NCBI GenBank assembly: GCA_047284725.1
Contig: JBJBEO010000001.1
Coordinates: forward strand, 1,720,203 to 1,784,202
Reading direction: 5' to 3'
Length of the DNA: 64,000 nucleotides
Origin: Synechococcus sp.
Lineage (GTDB): Bacteria; Cyanobacteriota; Cyanobacteriia; PCC-6307; Cyanobiaceae
Shown here one piece after another: positions 18,072 to 29,400 of the stretch. The notes beneath the pieces are model-generated. The model was not told the DNA's origin, made no database searches, and saw only the letters and a program-made list of their open reading frames with translations. How positions within the stretch are numbered: the first letter of the stretch is position 1; each line of letters begins with the position of its first letter. The position numbers were made by a program, and so were the translations under genes.

Positions 18072-18515
18072 TCACGGGGCCGCCACCACAGGAGACATTT
18101 CGATCGAGCTGCTCAAGGTGAGGCGGGCATGAAAGATTTCAAACACCGCATCGATGCGCTTGGCTTCAAAGGTTGAGATCTCCAGGATCACAGCCAGGTG
18201 ATCGAGAAAGCGTCGCTCCTCCGCCTGAAAGGGGCCATCGGAGCGCATCAGTTCTGAGGCCATCGCATAGGCCGTCATCGATTGCGCCGTTGTGAGACAT
18301 TTCGCCGCCTCCAGCATCATCTGATGAGCGCCCAGGGAGCGCCGCAGGTCGAGAAGTTCATCGAGAAGGGCAATCATTTCGCCATCCGCCATCTGACAGA
18401 ACGGCTCGCGATAATCCAACGCATGCCTGAAGGCTCGCGTGCCCGCTTTGGTGAAATGACTGTCCCAGGAAACAGCGGCAAAGCCAACAGCCGCAAATGC
18501 TGTCAGAGAGTCCAT
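18072..18515 (-). CDS. TerB-like tellurite resistance family protein
   Basis: AYAMASELMRSDGPFQAEERRFLDHLA. Confidence 0.8.
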   Translation of the reverse strand: MDSLTAFAAVGFAAVSWDSHFTKAGTRAFRHALDYREPFCQMADGEMIALLDELLDLRRSLGAHQMMLEAAKCLTTAQSMTAYAMASELMRSDGPFQAEERRFLDHLAVILEISTFEAKRIDAVFEIFHARLTLSSSIEMSPVVAAP

Positions 18516-18998
18516 TCACAAGCCAACGAGAACTTTGGTTATGGCCTTGCGTGACTCGCCATTGGTGTGACAAGCACTACCAGAGTTGTCGATTAGGCAC
18601 TTCTACGGATGTCAGCCGTCGATCGGTCCCAAGCATGCGCTGCGTGCTGATTCTGAGCACCGCCCACTGACACACCAAGCGCCGAGACTGCGTGGTTCAT
18701 TCAACAGATTGAAGGCAGGAATGTTCTTAATGTTTCGCCGAGCAGAGGACGTCAACGGGCAGGCCGCTGGCTCCGCTTCAACTGCAACCACATCGCTTTC
18801 TCCAGCGATGTGAGCTTCGGGGCCTTCTGATTCAACACGGCCGTGGCACGACTCTTTGCGTTCTGGATGTACTGAGTGGTGCGATCAAGCTTGTCGAATG
18901 ACATCGCCAGAAGCTGCGCAGTGTCTCAATTTTAGACGAGCTAGACCCATAGGTGCTGTAGCATCCATGGCCGAATCGACGATCGAGGCGCGTCGGGA

Positions 18999-20504
18999 TC
19001 AGGCCGATCCATCGGCGGCAAGCCAGGCCTCCACACACCCTTCTGCGGCGGTGACCTGGTTGAGGTCCTCCATCAACACGATGGGAATGCGCCGTTCCCG
19101 GGCCTTTCTCATCCTTGTGGTGTCAAGACTGAGGCTGGTGGAAAGGAGGAAATCGGGCGGATTTTGTCTGGTGAGACGCTCGCGTTTCGCCAGACCGAGG
19201 CGTTCGGCATGGGCCACTGCCCGCAGGATCGGCGTGTCGGTCTGCATTGAGCGGGGTCCGGTGGGGACGAAGCTCAGTCCCTTCTGCAGGGGAAGCGTGC
19301 TTTGTGTCCAGGATGGTTCCGACTCCAGCGCGAGCATGGCCCGGGTCCAGACCTGAGCCGGGGGCTTCGCTGACTGCAGGCGCGGCGCCGACACCGCCGC
19401 CGAAGACGGTTGAAGATGGGCCATTCCCTTGATCAGGGCCTGAGCCAAGGGGAGGACATCGCCGAGAGCCGTGTGGGCCAAACGAGGATCAAAGCCAACA
19501 CCGTGGAAGGAGCAGAGGTGCTGCAATTTCTTGCTGTTCCCATGCGCGGGGTCACCGCCAAAGCCGCGCAGGGTGCAGATGCCAACACCGAGATCCACCT
19601 CCTGCTCGGAATGGTTCCGGAAGTGGCGCTCGAGGATGGGGAAGTCGTAGCGAAGGTTGTGGGCCACCAGCACATGCTGATCAAGCTTGGCCGCTAACTG
19701 AGCGGCAATATCGGCAAAGGCCGGGGCCTGAACAACATCGCGATTGCCGATCTGGTGAATGGCGGTGACGGCTTTGGGAATGGTGCAGCCGGGATTGAGC
19801 AAGGTTTCCCAGGTCTCCGTGATCCGGCCGCTGGGGTCGAGACACACCAGACCGATTTCAACGATGGAGCAGGTGGATGGATCCCGGCCTGTGGTTTCCA
19901 GGTCAAACACAGCGAAACCCTTGGCACCCTTCGGCAACAACAGCGGCAGCGGTTGCGCAACCTTGGCCACCGCTGGCGTCCGCACCTGAACCGATTGGGC
20001 GCCAGCCACGCGCTTGACGTTCTTTGAAACGCGGCGCTCGGCCTTGAGGGGCAGATTGGTCTCAATCCAGCGCCTGATCTCAGCGGGGGACTCCAGGATC
20101 GTTTGCGGAGTTGCCTCCAGGAGTTGCACGCGCTCCAGGCCGCTCACGAGGAATTTTTTGGTGAAGGCAACATCGGGCTCTCGAGCGGTGACGGCGCGCA
20201 GGCGCCCCTCCTCCAGCACCCGGCTATAGAGCACCACCTCCCGTTCGGAGCAAGACCCGTTGGCCTTCCGGTAGGTCACCCGTGCACGAACCTTTCCCTG
20301 CGGCGGGGTTGCAGGCGCGGCGGCGGGCTCTGGAACGTTGGCGGCAGGCGAAGCCGGGGAGCTGGGTGCTGGCGGCGTTGGTCGCTGCGAGGAGACGGGC
20401 TCGGTGTGGGCCTGCTTCCCCTTGAGTGCAGCTTTAAGGGCCAGCGCGATCACGCCGATCACAACGACCAGAGCGATCAGAGCAAGCACGGTGATCCACC
20501 CCAT
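18999..20504 (-). CDS. Membrane-anchored DEDDh 3'-5' exonuclease with WYL-like and BRCT-like domains
   Basis: N-terminal TM; VTYRKANGSCSEREV (WYL-like); VFDLETTG, VAHNLRYD, HTALGD (DEDDh); DFLL...RMRKARERRIPIV (BRCT-like). Confidence 0.8.
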   Translation of the reverse strand: MGWITVLALIALVVVIGVIALALKAALKGKQAHTEPVSSQRPTPPAPSSPASPAANVPEPAAAPATPPQGKVRARVTYRKANGSCSEREVVLYSRVLEEGRLRAVTAREPDVAFTKKFLVSGLERVQLLEATPQTILESPAEIRRWIETNLPLKAERRVSKNVKRVAGAQSVQVRTPAVAKVAQPLPLLLPKGAKGFAVFDLETTGRDPSTCSIVEIGLVCLDPSGRITETWETLLNPGCTIPKAVTAIHQIGNRDVVQAPAFADIAAQLAAKLDQHVLVAHNLRYDFPILERHFRNHSEQEVDLGVGICTLRGFGGDPAHGNSKKLQHLCSFHGVGFDPRLAHTALGDVLPLAQALIKGMAHLQPSSAAVSAPRLQSAKPPAQVWTRAMLALESEPSWTQSTLPLQKGLSFVPTGPRSMQTDTPILRAVAHAERLGLAKRERLTRQNPPDFLLSTSLSLDTTRMRKARERRIPIVLMEDLNQVTAAEGCVEAWLAADGSA

Positions 20505-20737
20505 CACGATTCCTCAATAACGCTGGCTGCGCTCAGCGTATGAATCATTCAGACCGCCGTCAGCCGGAGGTTTTCAAGCCAGGCAAGGGGTCGACGCATC
20601 AGCCATCACAGCCCACTGCGACCAGTGACCCCACACAGCGACTGGAGGGCCTGGCTGCTGCAGAGGCGCGCTCTTCAGCTGGAACCCGACTGAGGGTGCG
20701 TGCACAATCTTGAGCACCTTGGGTAGACCGAAGAGAC

Positions 20738-21262
20738 GTGTTGCCTCACCCGAGAGCGCCATGGCCGACGAGCAAGAGCCGATCCCAACCGACCCCTCGA
20801 ATCTGTCGATCAAGCCATCGAGCAGCCAAGCGATCCAGCCCCAGGTGGAATGCAAAGGCATCCGTTCCCACCAGCGATTTCCCCAGGGATTTGTCTGGGC
20901 TCAGCCAAGAGCAAATTGAGCACCACTACAAAGCGATGCGCAACAGCCACGCTTCGCTGATGCGCTCCCGCGGCCAGCTGCAACGGCGCTCCAGGGAATT
21001 CAGTGAAGCGCGTTTGAACTTCATCAACACCTTGCGAACCTATGAAGAGCGCTTGGTGGCGATCGGCGAGGAAAAAGCAGAGGCGATGCGCCTGGCGCAA
21101 GACATGCACAAAGAACTGGAGGGGTTTGAGCACAAACAACAGGCCCTCGACGATCTGCTGAAGGATCTGGAAGAGGCCAAGGAGCACCCTGGCTTCTGGT
21201 CGATCCTGCAGATCAACAAACTGATTGAGCAGATGAAACTGCTGCTGCGCGGCTCCAACTAG
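20738..21262 (+). CDS. Coiled-coil protein, gene A of two-gene module (start uncertain, possible 5' frameshift)
   Basis: PTSDFP...Y..MR...LMRSRG shared with 40129-40614. Confidence 0.7.
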   Translation: MLPHPRAPWPTSKSRSQPTPRICRSSHRAAKRSSPRWNAKASVPTSDFPRDLSGLSQEQIEHHYKAMRNSHASLMRSRGQLQRRSREFSEARLNFINTLRTYEERLVAIGEEKAEAMRLAQDMHKELEGFEHKQQALDDLLKDLEEAKEHPGFWSILQINKLIEQMKLLLRGSN

Positions 21263-21264
21263 CC

Positions 21265-21783
21265 ATGGGAGATCTCAGCAATCGTTTCGCTGAGCTCATG
21301 GCCCGCATGGCCAAGAGCGATGCCGACATCTATCGCACCATCGGTGAGCAGAACGCCCACGTGCGCCAGATGGTGGATGACTTGATGCCGCCTGAGGAGC
21401 CGAAGCCAGCAGACAGCAACGCCCTCGCCGCCGCGGGACTGCTACCGGCCGATGAATGTGCGCAGCCGGCGCTGAAAAAGCGGTTTGGCAAGGTGGCGGA
21501 GGCCCAGGCTTGGATTGAAAGCCAAATCGGGCCCGCCCCGAAAAAACCCACCTGGGCGGTGATTGTTCAGACCTGCCAGAGCGGCGCCTGGCCCATCAAA
21601 ACCAGCGCAAGCAGCAGCCGCAGCAAAGCCCTGAGCGAAACGGCCTTCGACGAACGGCTCAGCCAACTTGAATCGAAGCTCGATCAACGCCTGCAGCGGA
21701 TCGAATGGATGCTGACCCTGCTGGCCGAGACGCACCCGACGCTCCACGCCAGCACGGAACACCAGGAGTCATCCTCAGCCTGA
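21265..21783 (+). CDS. Hypothetical protein, gene B of two-gene module
   Basis: MGDL...KSDADIYRTI N-terminus similar to 39777-40145. Confidence 0.75.
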   Translation: MGDLSNRFAELMARMAKSDADIYRTIGEQNAHVRQMVDDLMPPEEPKPADSNALAAAGLLPADECAQPALKKRFGKVAEAQAWIESQIGPAPKKPTWAVIVQTCQSGAWPIKTSASSSRSKALSETAFDERLSQLESKLDQRLQRIEWMLTLLAETHPTLHASTEHQESSSA

Positions 21784-22017
21784 AGGGATCACAACCAGGT
21801 TCAAGGCACGTATCACAGCCACGCCTCCATCACCAAGACAAGGGTGATGGAGCAGAACACGCCACACATCAATGGAAGAGCCTCTCGAGGACGTTCACCA
21901 ACCCGACCACGCACAGCATGTAGGCCACTCCAGCCATCCAAAGCCGGTGGCCGCAGCCGCACCCATCCTTCAACGCTGGCGTCAGACCACCACCCGTTGG
22001 CCACACCAACCACCACC

Positions 22018-22668
22018 GTGATCACCCCCCGCTACGGCGAGGCCCTGCAGTGGGCCGAGGAACTGCATCGGCCGCAGCGCCGCAAAGGCAAACAGGTTCC
22101 TTACATCTCGCATCTGATCAGCGTCAGCGCCCTGGTGTGGGAAGACGGCGGCCATGAAGATCAAGCGATCGCAGCGTTGCTGCACGACGCCATCGAAGAC
22201 GCCGGCCAGAGCCACCGCTCGATCGCCAATCGCTTCGGGGTGGCGGTGGCCGACATCGTGCGCGATTGCACCGACACCTCCCCCGAGGCCAAGCCTGGAG
22301 AGAAAGAGCCCTGGCTGCTGCGCAAAACCCGCTACCTCGACTCCCTCGCAGGGAAACCACTGAGCTCCCTGCTGGTGACTGCCGCCGACAAGGCCCACAA
22401 CGCCGGCGACATGGTGCTGGATGCCCGCCGCGATCCAGCGATGTGGCGCAAGTTCAATGCCGGCCTTGAGGGCAGTGCCTGGTACCTGCTGCGGATGCAT
22501 CTGGCGTTGGTGGGTCGCCTACCCGAGAGCCGCTCAGTCGAGCTTCTAGGGGAAGCCGTGAACGCCATCCTCAGCAGCAACGCCTATCAGCAGCTGATCC
22601 CAGCGGGATCCACCACCGAGAGATGGGCCAACACCTATCCCGAACGCCATGGCAGCCCTTTGCGTTGA
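22018..22668 (+). CDS. HD-domain hydrolase (small alarmone hydrolase/Mesh1-like)
   Basis: H..Q.RKG..VPYISH, AALLHDAIED, ADKAHN. Confidence 0.9.
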   Translation: MITPRYGEALQWAEELHRPQRRKGKQVPYISHLISVSALVWEDGGHEDQAIAALLHDAIEDAGQSHRSIANRFGVAVADIVRDCTDTSPEAKPGEKEPWLLRKTRYLDSLAGKPLSSLLVTAADKAHNAGDMVLDARRDPAMWRKFNAGLEGSAWYLLRMHLALVGRLPESRSVELLGEAVNAILSSNAYQQLIPAGSTTERWANTYPERHGSPLR

Positions 22669-22712
22669 AACGCCCGTGGGCCTTTGGGTTCCGGTGGCGG
22701 TGAGGGGTGTCG

Positions 22713-23105
22713 TTATCCCACCCGTTGAACGGTGGTGCCATAGCGGCTCAGCTGACGATCAACCGTGAGCAGGAGCATCGGTTCCGTTCGGCTCTGGCAC
22801 ACCAAAAGCCGGTCAAACGGATCACGATGCTCGCCATCACAATCCAGCTCTGCCACCGCCAACAGATGAGCCTGGCGAATCGACAACCAGCGAAACCCCT
22901 GGAGCGGCACCTGGCGCTCCAGTTCCGCCAGGTCGACCTGTAATCGACCAAGCGACACCTTGATCGCCATCTCCCAGAGAGAAGCCTGGCTGACAAAGAC
23001 TTCCGCCTCGGGCATCTGCACGCGCTCCACCACCGCCTGGGGCAGCCGTGAATCTCCATTCAGCCACCACAACACCAGATGGGTGTCCAGCAACAGGCGT
23101 GTCAC
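22713..23105 (-). CDS. vapC: VapC/PIN toxin
   Basis: LLLDTH, SLWEMAIK, HRDPFDRLL. Confidence 0.92.
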   Translation of the reverse strand: MTRLLLDTHLVLWWLNGDSRLPQAVVERVQMPEAEVFVSQASLWEMAIKVSLGRLQVDLAELERQVPLQGFRWLSIRQAHLLAVAELDCDGEHRDPFDRLLVCQSRTEPMLLLTVDRQLSRYGTTVQRVG

Positions 23106-23332
23106 GGCAACGCCTCGAATAGCGCATCCAGCGGTGCATCAAAGTCGTCCGCCATCTGGATCTGGCCGCGCATCGCACCGGGCGCTGCCACGGTCCGGTC
23201 TTGGTCCTGCCAGCTGACCAAACGCGCAATCGGGACGCCGGCCCGGGCGATCACCACCTCCTCCCCCTGCTCCACCACCTGCAGCAACTGGGAGAGCTGG
23301 GTCTTGGCCTGATGGATGTTCACGGGCTTCAT
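23102..23332 (-). CDS. Phd/YefM antitoxin
   Basis: NIHQAKTQLSQLL...GEEVVIARAGVPIARL...DDFDAPL. Confidence 0.92.
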   Translation of the reverse strand: MKPVNIHQAKTQLSQLLQVVEQGEEVVIARAGVPIARLVSWQDQDRTVAAPGAMRGQIQMADDFDAPLDALFEALP

Positions 23333-23345
23333 CAGCGACCGCATT

Positions 23346-23367
23346 GAACTAAGTCTTAGCTTAGTTC
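23346..23367. promoter_or_regulatory. Putative TA autorepression operator
   Basis: GAACTAAG-N6-CTTAGTTC just upstream of the antitoxin. Confidence 0.55.
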
Positions 23368-23794
23368 TGAGTCGTCCGATTGTCGCAGGGCTGAATCCTC
23401 AAAAGCGTTGATGGCATTGGGCGTATCTCCTTCAAACGATGTGGGAAATGCTTCTCCATGTCCACGCGCGTGATCACCGCCAAGACCTGTGCGTGATCAC
23501 ACCGATTCAAAGAAGTTGATCTTGACGGCGAGCTTGGATGGGGCCGATGGCTTGAAAAAGGCCTCGGTTTGGCTTGGCGTCGTCGATGTCGACTTGGAAG
23601 TGGTTGGTAGCAACGCTGTTGTGACGGCTTGATCACCAGCCAAACCATCCACAAAGCCTGGGTTGCGGTTCAACGGGATTGGAAAGGAAGCTTCCCGGCC
23701 ACCCACATGGCTGAATGCACCCCATTGGTGAAGGTCTGGATCCGCTAAAGGGAGGATGACTGGCACAACAGCCAGGTCGTGATCAATGCAGGTG

Positions 23795-23930
23795 GACAAC
23801 AACGCAACATCTGCTTTCACCTGCAGCAATGCCTAGATCGGCAGTTCAAGGCTGAACTGACGCGAATGGAACACCCTGTCCCCAAAATCCACAACCTGCG
23901 TGAGTTGTCTGATCTGTTGCATCAGGCGGA
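23795..23930 (+). pseudogene. HEPN (MNT-associated type) fragment
   Basis: ICFHLQQC...KAEL...PKIHNLREL resembles the HEPN N-half; no plausible start or full length. Confidence 0.6.
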
Positions 23931-23946
23931 TCAAAATTCCAGGCGT

Positions 23947-24130
23947 TTAGAGCAGATCGCGGAATTGCTGAGGGGTCAGGCCTGCATCGCGAGCAATAGC
24001 CCCCATGGTGATGGCATTGATCGGGTCATGCCGTGGGATCACCAATCCCGGATTCGCGCACAACGCGAAAACCCAGTTTCTGGAAGACCTGTACCGCTTC
24101 TTTCTGACTGATGCCCGGAAGCCGCGGCAT
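23947..24130 (-). pseudogene. hicA: hicA toxin with internal deletion and frameshift
   Basis: MPRLPGISQKEAVQVFQKLGFRVVRESG, then in another frame LVIPRHDPINAITMGAIARDAGLTPQQFRDLL*; the catalytic His segment is missing. Confidence 0.8.
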
Positions 24131-24327
24131 CAGACAGCCAGCTCCAGGGTCTCCACGGTTTTCACACCAGCTTCCTCCGCCTCCACCTCCAGCCAGAGCT
24201 GGATGGCCTCTCGGATGTTCGCCAGAGCCTCGTCGCGCGACTCGCCCTGGGAATGGCAACCGGGCAGATCAAGGCAACTCACCGACCACCCCTCGTCGGT
24301 TTCCAAAAGGCGTATGCGGTACGACAT
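24130..24327 (-). CDS. hicB: HicB antitoxin
   Basis: DLPGCHSQGESRDEALANIREAIQLWLE. Confidence 0.9.
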   Translation of the reverse strand: MSYRIRLLETDEGWSVSCLDLPGCHSQGESRDEALANIREAIQLWLEVEAEEAGVKTVETLELAV

Positions 24328-24646
24328 CCAGGCCCAGGCAGTGGTATCAGCCTATCGACGCTGGCAGTCAACAACCGGCGGATCCGGTTCCTCGGCAATG
24401 CCACTCACCGCCGAGGGGATTTGGAGAGAACGAAAGGCGACAAGGGTGTGGATCGTTTCCTGCACCGCGCCGCCTTTGATGCAGGCGTGAACCTGAATCG
24501 ACTGCTGGAAAATCCTGCTTTGGGTTGAGCGTCGCTCCCCCGTTGAGAACGCTCTGCTGAGAACGCTCTGCAGACCTGATCTCCCTCAAGTAAGGGATGC
24601 ACAACACCGTGGGGAAGATGCATCGTGAGGAGGCTCAACTCCTTCC

Positions 24647-25141
24647 ATGCACTTCCGCCTGATCACACCCAGCCAGCTGTCGCTGTTCAGCATCAGCCCA
24701 GTGATCGGGGCCTGGTGGGAGGAGCTGCAGGCGCAGAAGCTGTTTGACGGCAGCAAGCCAGCAGTGAGTGAGCTGGATCAGCAGCTGTTTGCTGACGGCC
24801 TGCGCCACGAGCAGGTGCTGCTCACCAAGCTGGAGAAGGCAGGCCACAGCATTGCCCGACTGCCCGGCAAACAAACCGACGCCGACTACACCGCAACCCG
24901 CCAGGCGATGGCTCAAGGGGTGGAGTTCGTCCACCAGGCCTCGCTCTGCAATGAGGAGATGCGCGGCAGTGCCGACTTGCTCAGGCCCAACCGTTTGAAC
25001 GTGACGATCAGCCGGGCTCAAAGCCTCTCGATCGTTGTGGGCTCAACAGGCCTGGCCAGCGGCGTTGCTAACACGGTGGCGGAGGCCGAGCAGATCAATC
25101 GGTTGTGCCGCGTTATGAAAGATGGGGGGCCGATGCCATGA
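24647..25141 (+). pseudogene. Internally deleted TM0106-family nuclease/SF1 helicase
   Basis: TM0106-like N-terminus (ITPSQL, GLRHE, HQASL...RGSADLL) joined in frame to helicase motif VI (NRLNVTISRAQ...VVGS). Confidence 0.75.
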
Positions 25142-26199
25142 CGCTCTGGCTGATCCGGGCGGGTTCCCATGGGGAACACGAACAGAAGTTTCTCGATGAA
25201 GGCCGTGTGTACGTCTGTTGGGACGGGCTTGATGTTGATCTCAGCAGCTTGAGTGAGCGGCAGAGCCTGATTGATCAGCTCGCCACGCGGTTTCCCGATG
25301 AGAAACCGAAGGCCTGGATGAACTGGTCATCGCAGATCTGGCCCTTCGCCCATGGGATGCAACCCGGCGACTGGGTGGTGATGCCATCGAAGCTGCAATC
25401 AGGGATTTACTTCGGAGAACTACAAAGCGACTACCACTACGAAGCCAGTGGCCCCGATCCCTACTTCCATTGGCGCTCGATCAACTGGTTCAGTGGCCTT
25501 GTGCCCCGAAGCACCTTCCCTCAAGACCTGCTGTATTCCTTCGGGGCGTTCATGACGATCTGCAGGATTCAGCGCAATGACGCAGAAGCGAGAACGAAAG
25601 CGATTGCATCTGTTGGCTGGAAGCCCGAGACCTTGGCGTCAGCAATCGCCGGATCACCAACATTCACAGCAACCACTAATGACTCGGCCACTGACGCTGA
25701 TGAAGGGAGCAACGTCGACCTAGAAGAACTGGCCGGCGATCAAATTGAGCGGCTGATCCAAGCCAAGTTCAAAGGCCACCGTTTAGCCGTGCTGGTGGAA
25801 GCCATCCTTCAAGCCGAGGGCTACACCACCTACCGCAGCCCTGAAGGGCCGGATGGCGGAGCCGACATCTTGGCCGCCCATGGCGAACTGGGGTTTGGCA
25901 ATCCCTCCATCTGCGTGGAGGTGAAATCCGGAGACACCCCTGCTGATCGGCCCATGGTGGACAAATTGATCGGGGCCGGGCAGAAATTCAGTGCCCAAAC
26001 CTGTTTGTTCGTGAGCTGGGCTGGCTTCCGCAGCAACGTGCAAAAGGAATTGGCTCGGGACTTCTTCAAGGTGCGCCTCTGGAGCCGGAAGGAATTGCTC
26101 GAGAAGCTGTTTCGCTATTACGACACCTTCCCAGAAGACATCCGGCTCGCTCTTCCCCTGAAGAAAGTCTGGATGGTGGCGGGTGATGCAGAGGAATGA
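25138..26199 (+). CDS. Mrr-family restriction endonuclease with N-terminal EVE/PUA-like region
   Basis: WLIRAG..GEHE; GPDGGADI; VEVKSG. Confidence 0.85.
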   Translation: MTLWLIRAGSHGEHEQKFLDEGRVYVCWDGLDVDLSSLSERQSLIDQLATRFPDEKPKAWMNWSSQIWPFAHGMQPGDWVVMPSKLQSGIYFGELQSDYHYEASGPDPYFHWRSINWFSGLVPRSTFPQDLLYSFGAFMTICRIQRNDAEARTKAIASVGWKPETLASAIAGSPTFTATTNDSATDADEGSNVDLEELAGDQIERLIQAKFKGHRLAVLVEAILQAEGYTTYRSPEGPDGGADILAAHGELGFGNPSICVEVKSGDTPADRPMVDKLIGAGQKFSAQTCLFVSWAGFRSNVQKELARDFFKVRLWSRKELLEKLFRYYDTFPEDIRLALPLKKVWMVAGDAEE

Positions 26200-26435
26200 T
26201 TTGTCCCTCAGTTGAGAGAAGCCCAAAGCGCTCGATCTCCCTCATTCCAGGGATGCCAGCTGCCAAAGAAACGCAGAAAATGAACCCATCGGCCTAACGG
26301 CCCCAACGCCAGCCATGCCCTTAAAAGCCTCCTGCCAACAAACCTGCCTCGTAATCCGCAGCCGCGTTGGAGCCATGGCAGTGGCATGCGCGGCTCAAGC
26401 CACACGCTCATTCAGGGGATGGAGGGAGCCCTGAG

Positions 26436-29400
26436 ATGGACAGCAACTTCACTCATATCGCCGAATACGACAAAACTCTCTTCCGCTTAAGCAGCAATGC
26501 GGAGCGCTATTTCCCCGGCGACCCCAACACGGCGCTGATCAAGCTTCGGCAATTTGGTGAGCTGTTGGCCCAGCAAGTGGCTTCACGCTTTGGGCTCTAC
26601 ACGGGCAGCGAGGAAACCCAACTCGAGCTGTTGCGCCGTTTGGAGAGCAATGGCGATCTAGAACGCGATGTGGCCGAGCTGTTCCACAACCTGCGTAAGG
26701 CAGGTAATGCCGCCACCCATCGCCTCGAAGGCGACCACAGCACGGCACTGCAAAGCCTCAAGGTTGCTTGGCAACTCAGCCTTTGGTTTCACCGCACCTT
26801 CGGCCGAGACCCGAATTACCGCAGTGGCCCTTTTCAGCCCCCACAGCCTCCTGAGGCACAGCCATCGTCAGGGGATGAAGCACTCAGGCAAGAACTGAAA
26901 GCCCTGAAGCAGGGCTACGAACAAGCGCAAGCCAATGAAGCGGCCCTGATTGAGGCACTGCAAAAGCAAGCCCAGGAGCTGACTGCATCCTTGAGCCTGC
27001 AGCAGGAGTGGGAAAACCTCGCAGAAGAAAGCGAAGCCGAAAAAGCCCAACTCGCTGAGAGCCTGTCTGCCCTGCAGATTGCGGCGAGCCAACAACCACC
27101 GATTGCTCGCAAGCAGCTCAAGCAGGCCGCCAAACAGGCCACGAGCCTCATCCAGCTCGACGAGGCTGCCACCCGAAAGCTCATCGATGCGCAACTGCGT
27201 GATGCCGGTTGGGAGTGCGACACCAAGCTGCTCACTTATGCCAAGGGCACCAGGCCAGAAGCCAACTGCAACAAGGCGATTGCTGAATGGCCCTGCAAAG
27301 GGGGCTATGCGGACTACGTGCTGTTTTTGGGGCTCACCCCAATCGCCGCCGTTGAGGCCAAACGAGCCAACAAAGATGTGGCGGGAGTGCTCCCGCAAGC
27401 CGAGCGCTACTGCGAGACCTATGTGCCCGATGACCAAGGCAACGCGGCAGCCACCGCCGACATGGGCGGACCCTTTCCAATTCCTTTTGCCTTCTCCTCC
27501 AATGGGCGCCCCTATCTGCCGCAGTTAAAAACCAAGAGCGGCATTTGGTTTCGCGACACACGCAAAGACACCAACCTCCCTAAACCTCTGGATGGCTGGT
27601 ACAGCCCAGAAGGCCTCAAACAACTGGCCCGCCAAGACAGCCAACAAGCCCATGCGCAGCTGAAACGGGAAACCTTCAACTACGGCTTCCCGATGCGCCC
27701 CTATCAACGCCAAGCGATCGAAAGCACGGAAGCTGCGATCGAAGCCGGCAAGCAGCAAGTGCTGTTGGCCATGGCAACGGGCACTGGCAAAACCAAAACC
27801 TGCATTGCCCTGATTTACCGCCTGCTCAAAACCAATCGCTTCAGGCGGGTGTTGTTCTTGGTGGATCGCTCTGAGCTGGGCAAGCAGGCTGCCGACGCGT
27901 TCAAAGAAACGCGCATGGAAAGCCTGCAACACTTCGCCGACATCTACGGCATCAAGGAGCTGAAAGAGAAAGAGGTGGAAAGTGATACGCGCGTGCACAT
28001 CGCGACGGTGCAAGCGATGGTGCAGCGGTTGATGCTGGGCCACGACGAAGAAAAGCCCAGCGTCGACACCTATGACCTAATCGTGATCGACGAGTGCCAC
28101 CGCGGTTACCTGCTGGATAGGGAGCTCAGTGAACGGGAATTGGGCTTCCGCGATTTCAATGACTACGTCTCCAAATACCGCCGTGTCATCGAGTACTTCG
28201 ATGCTGTGAGAGTGGGACTTACGGCAACGCCAGCACTCCACACGGTCGACATTTTTGGTGAGCCAGCCTTCGTTTACAGCTACCGAGAGGCTGTAGTCGA
28301 TGGGTTCTTGGTTGACCACGAACCACCGACCCTGATCAAAACCGACCTCTCCAGCGACGGGATTCATTTCGCTGCTGGTGATGAGGTGAAGGTGTTTGAT
28401 CCGAGCTCCACTGGGGTGGATCGCTTCAACACCCCTGACGCCCTCGACTTCGAAGTGGAGAGCTTCAACCGCAAGGTGATCACCGAGCCATTCAACCGTG
28501 CCGTCTGCCAGTTTTTGGCAACCGAGTTGGACCCGCAGTCACCACAGAAAACCCTGATTTTCTGTGCGACCGATGCCCATGCCGACATGGTGGTGACGCT
28601 CTTGAAAGAAGCGCTTGAGGAGCAGTACGGCAGCGTCTCCAACGACGCGGTGGCCAAGATCACAGGAGCGAGCGACAAACCTGCTGATCTGATTCGCCAC
28701 TACAAGAACGAAGCCTTCCCCAACATCGCCGTCACGGTCGATCTGCTGAGTACAGGCGTTGATGTGCCGGCAATCTGCAACATCGTGTTCCTGCGGCGGA
28801 TGAACAGCCGCATCCTTTACGACCAAATGATCGGCCGCGGCACCCGGCTGTGCGACGCGATCAACAAGACCCACTTCCGCATTTTTGATGCCGTGGGCAT
28901 CTACGAAGCACTCAAAGATTTCAGCGACATGAAGCCGGTGGTGGCGGACCCGAAGATCAGCATCAGCCAGCTGCTGGAGGAGTTCAGCCAAGAGCATGAA
29001 CCCAGCACCTTGGAGCTGATCCGCGATCAGCTGGTGGCCAAGGTTCGCCGCAAGGTCCGCAGGCTCAGCGAAGACCAAGGCGATCAGGTGCAGCAAGTGA
29101 CAGGGGTGCAGCCACTGGATTTCGTGGGGCGGCTGCTGTCGTTACCTGTGGAAGAGGCCAGCCGTTGGGTGCAACGCATGCCACGCCTGGCCGAGGTGCT
29201 GGATGCACCCACGGGCCATGGCAGTAATCCCCAGGTGATCTCCGACCATCCCGATCACTTGCGCTCCACAGAGCACGGCTACGGCAAGGGTCAAAAGCCG
29301 GAGGACTACCTCGAAGCCTTCACGGCGTTCATCAAGCAGGGCGGTAATGAACTTCCAGCGCTCAATCTGGTGCTGCAAAAACCCTGGGAACTCACCCGCT

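Noticed and set aside
18520..18998. tRNA/att site or integrase at the island boundary
   Set aside because: No tRNA fold, integrase or direct repeat matching the right boundary was found by eye.
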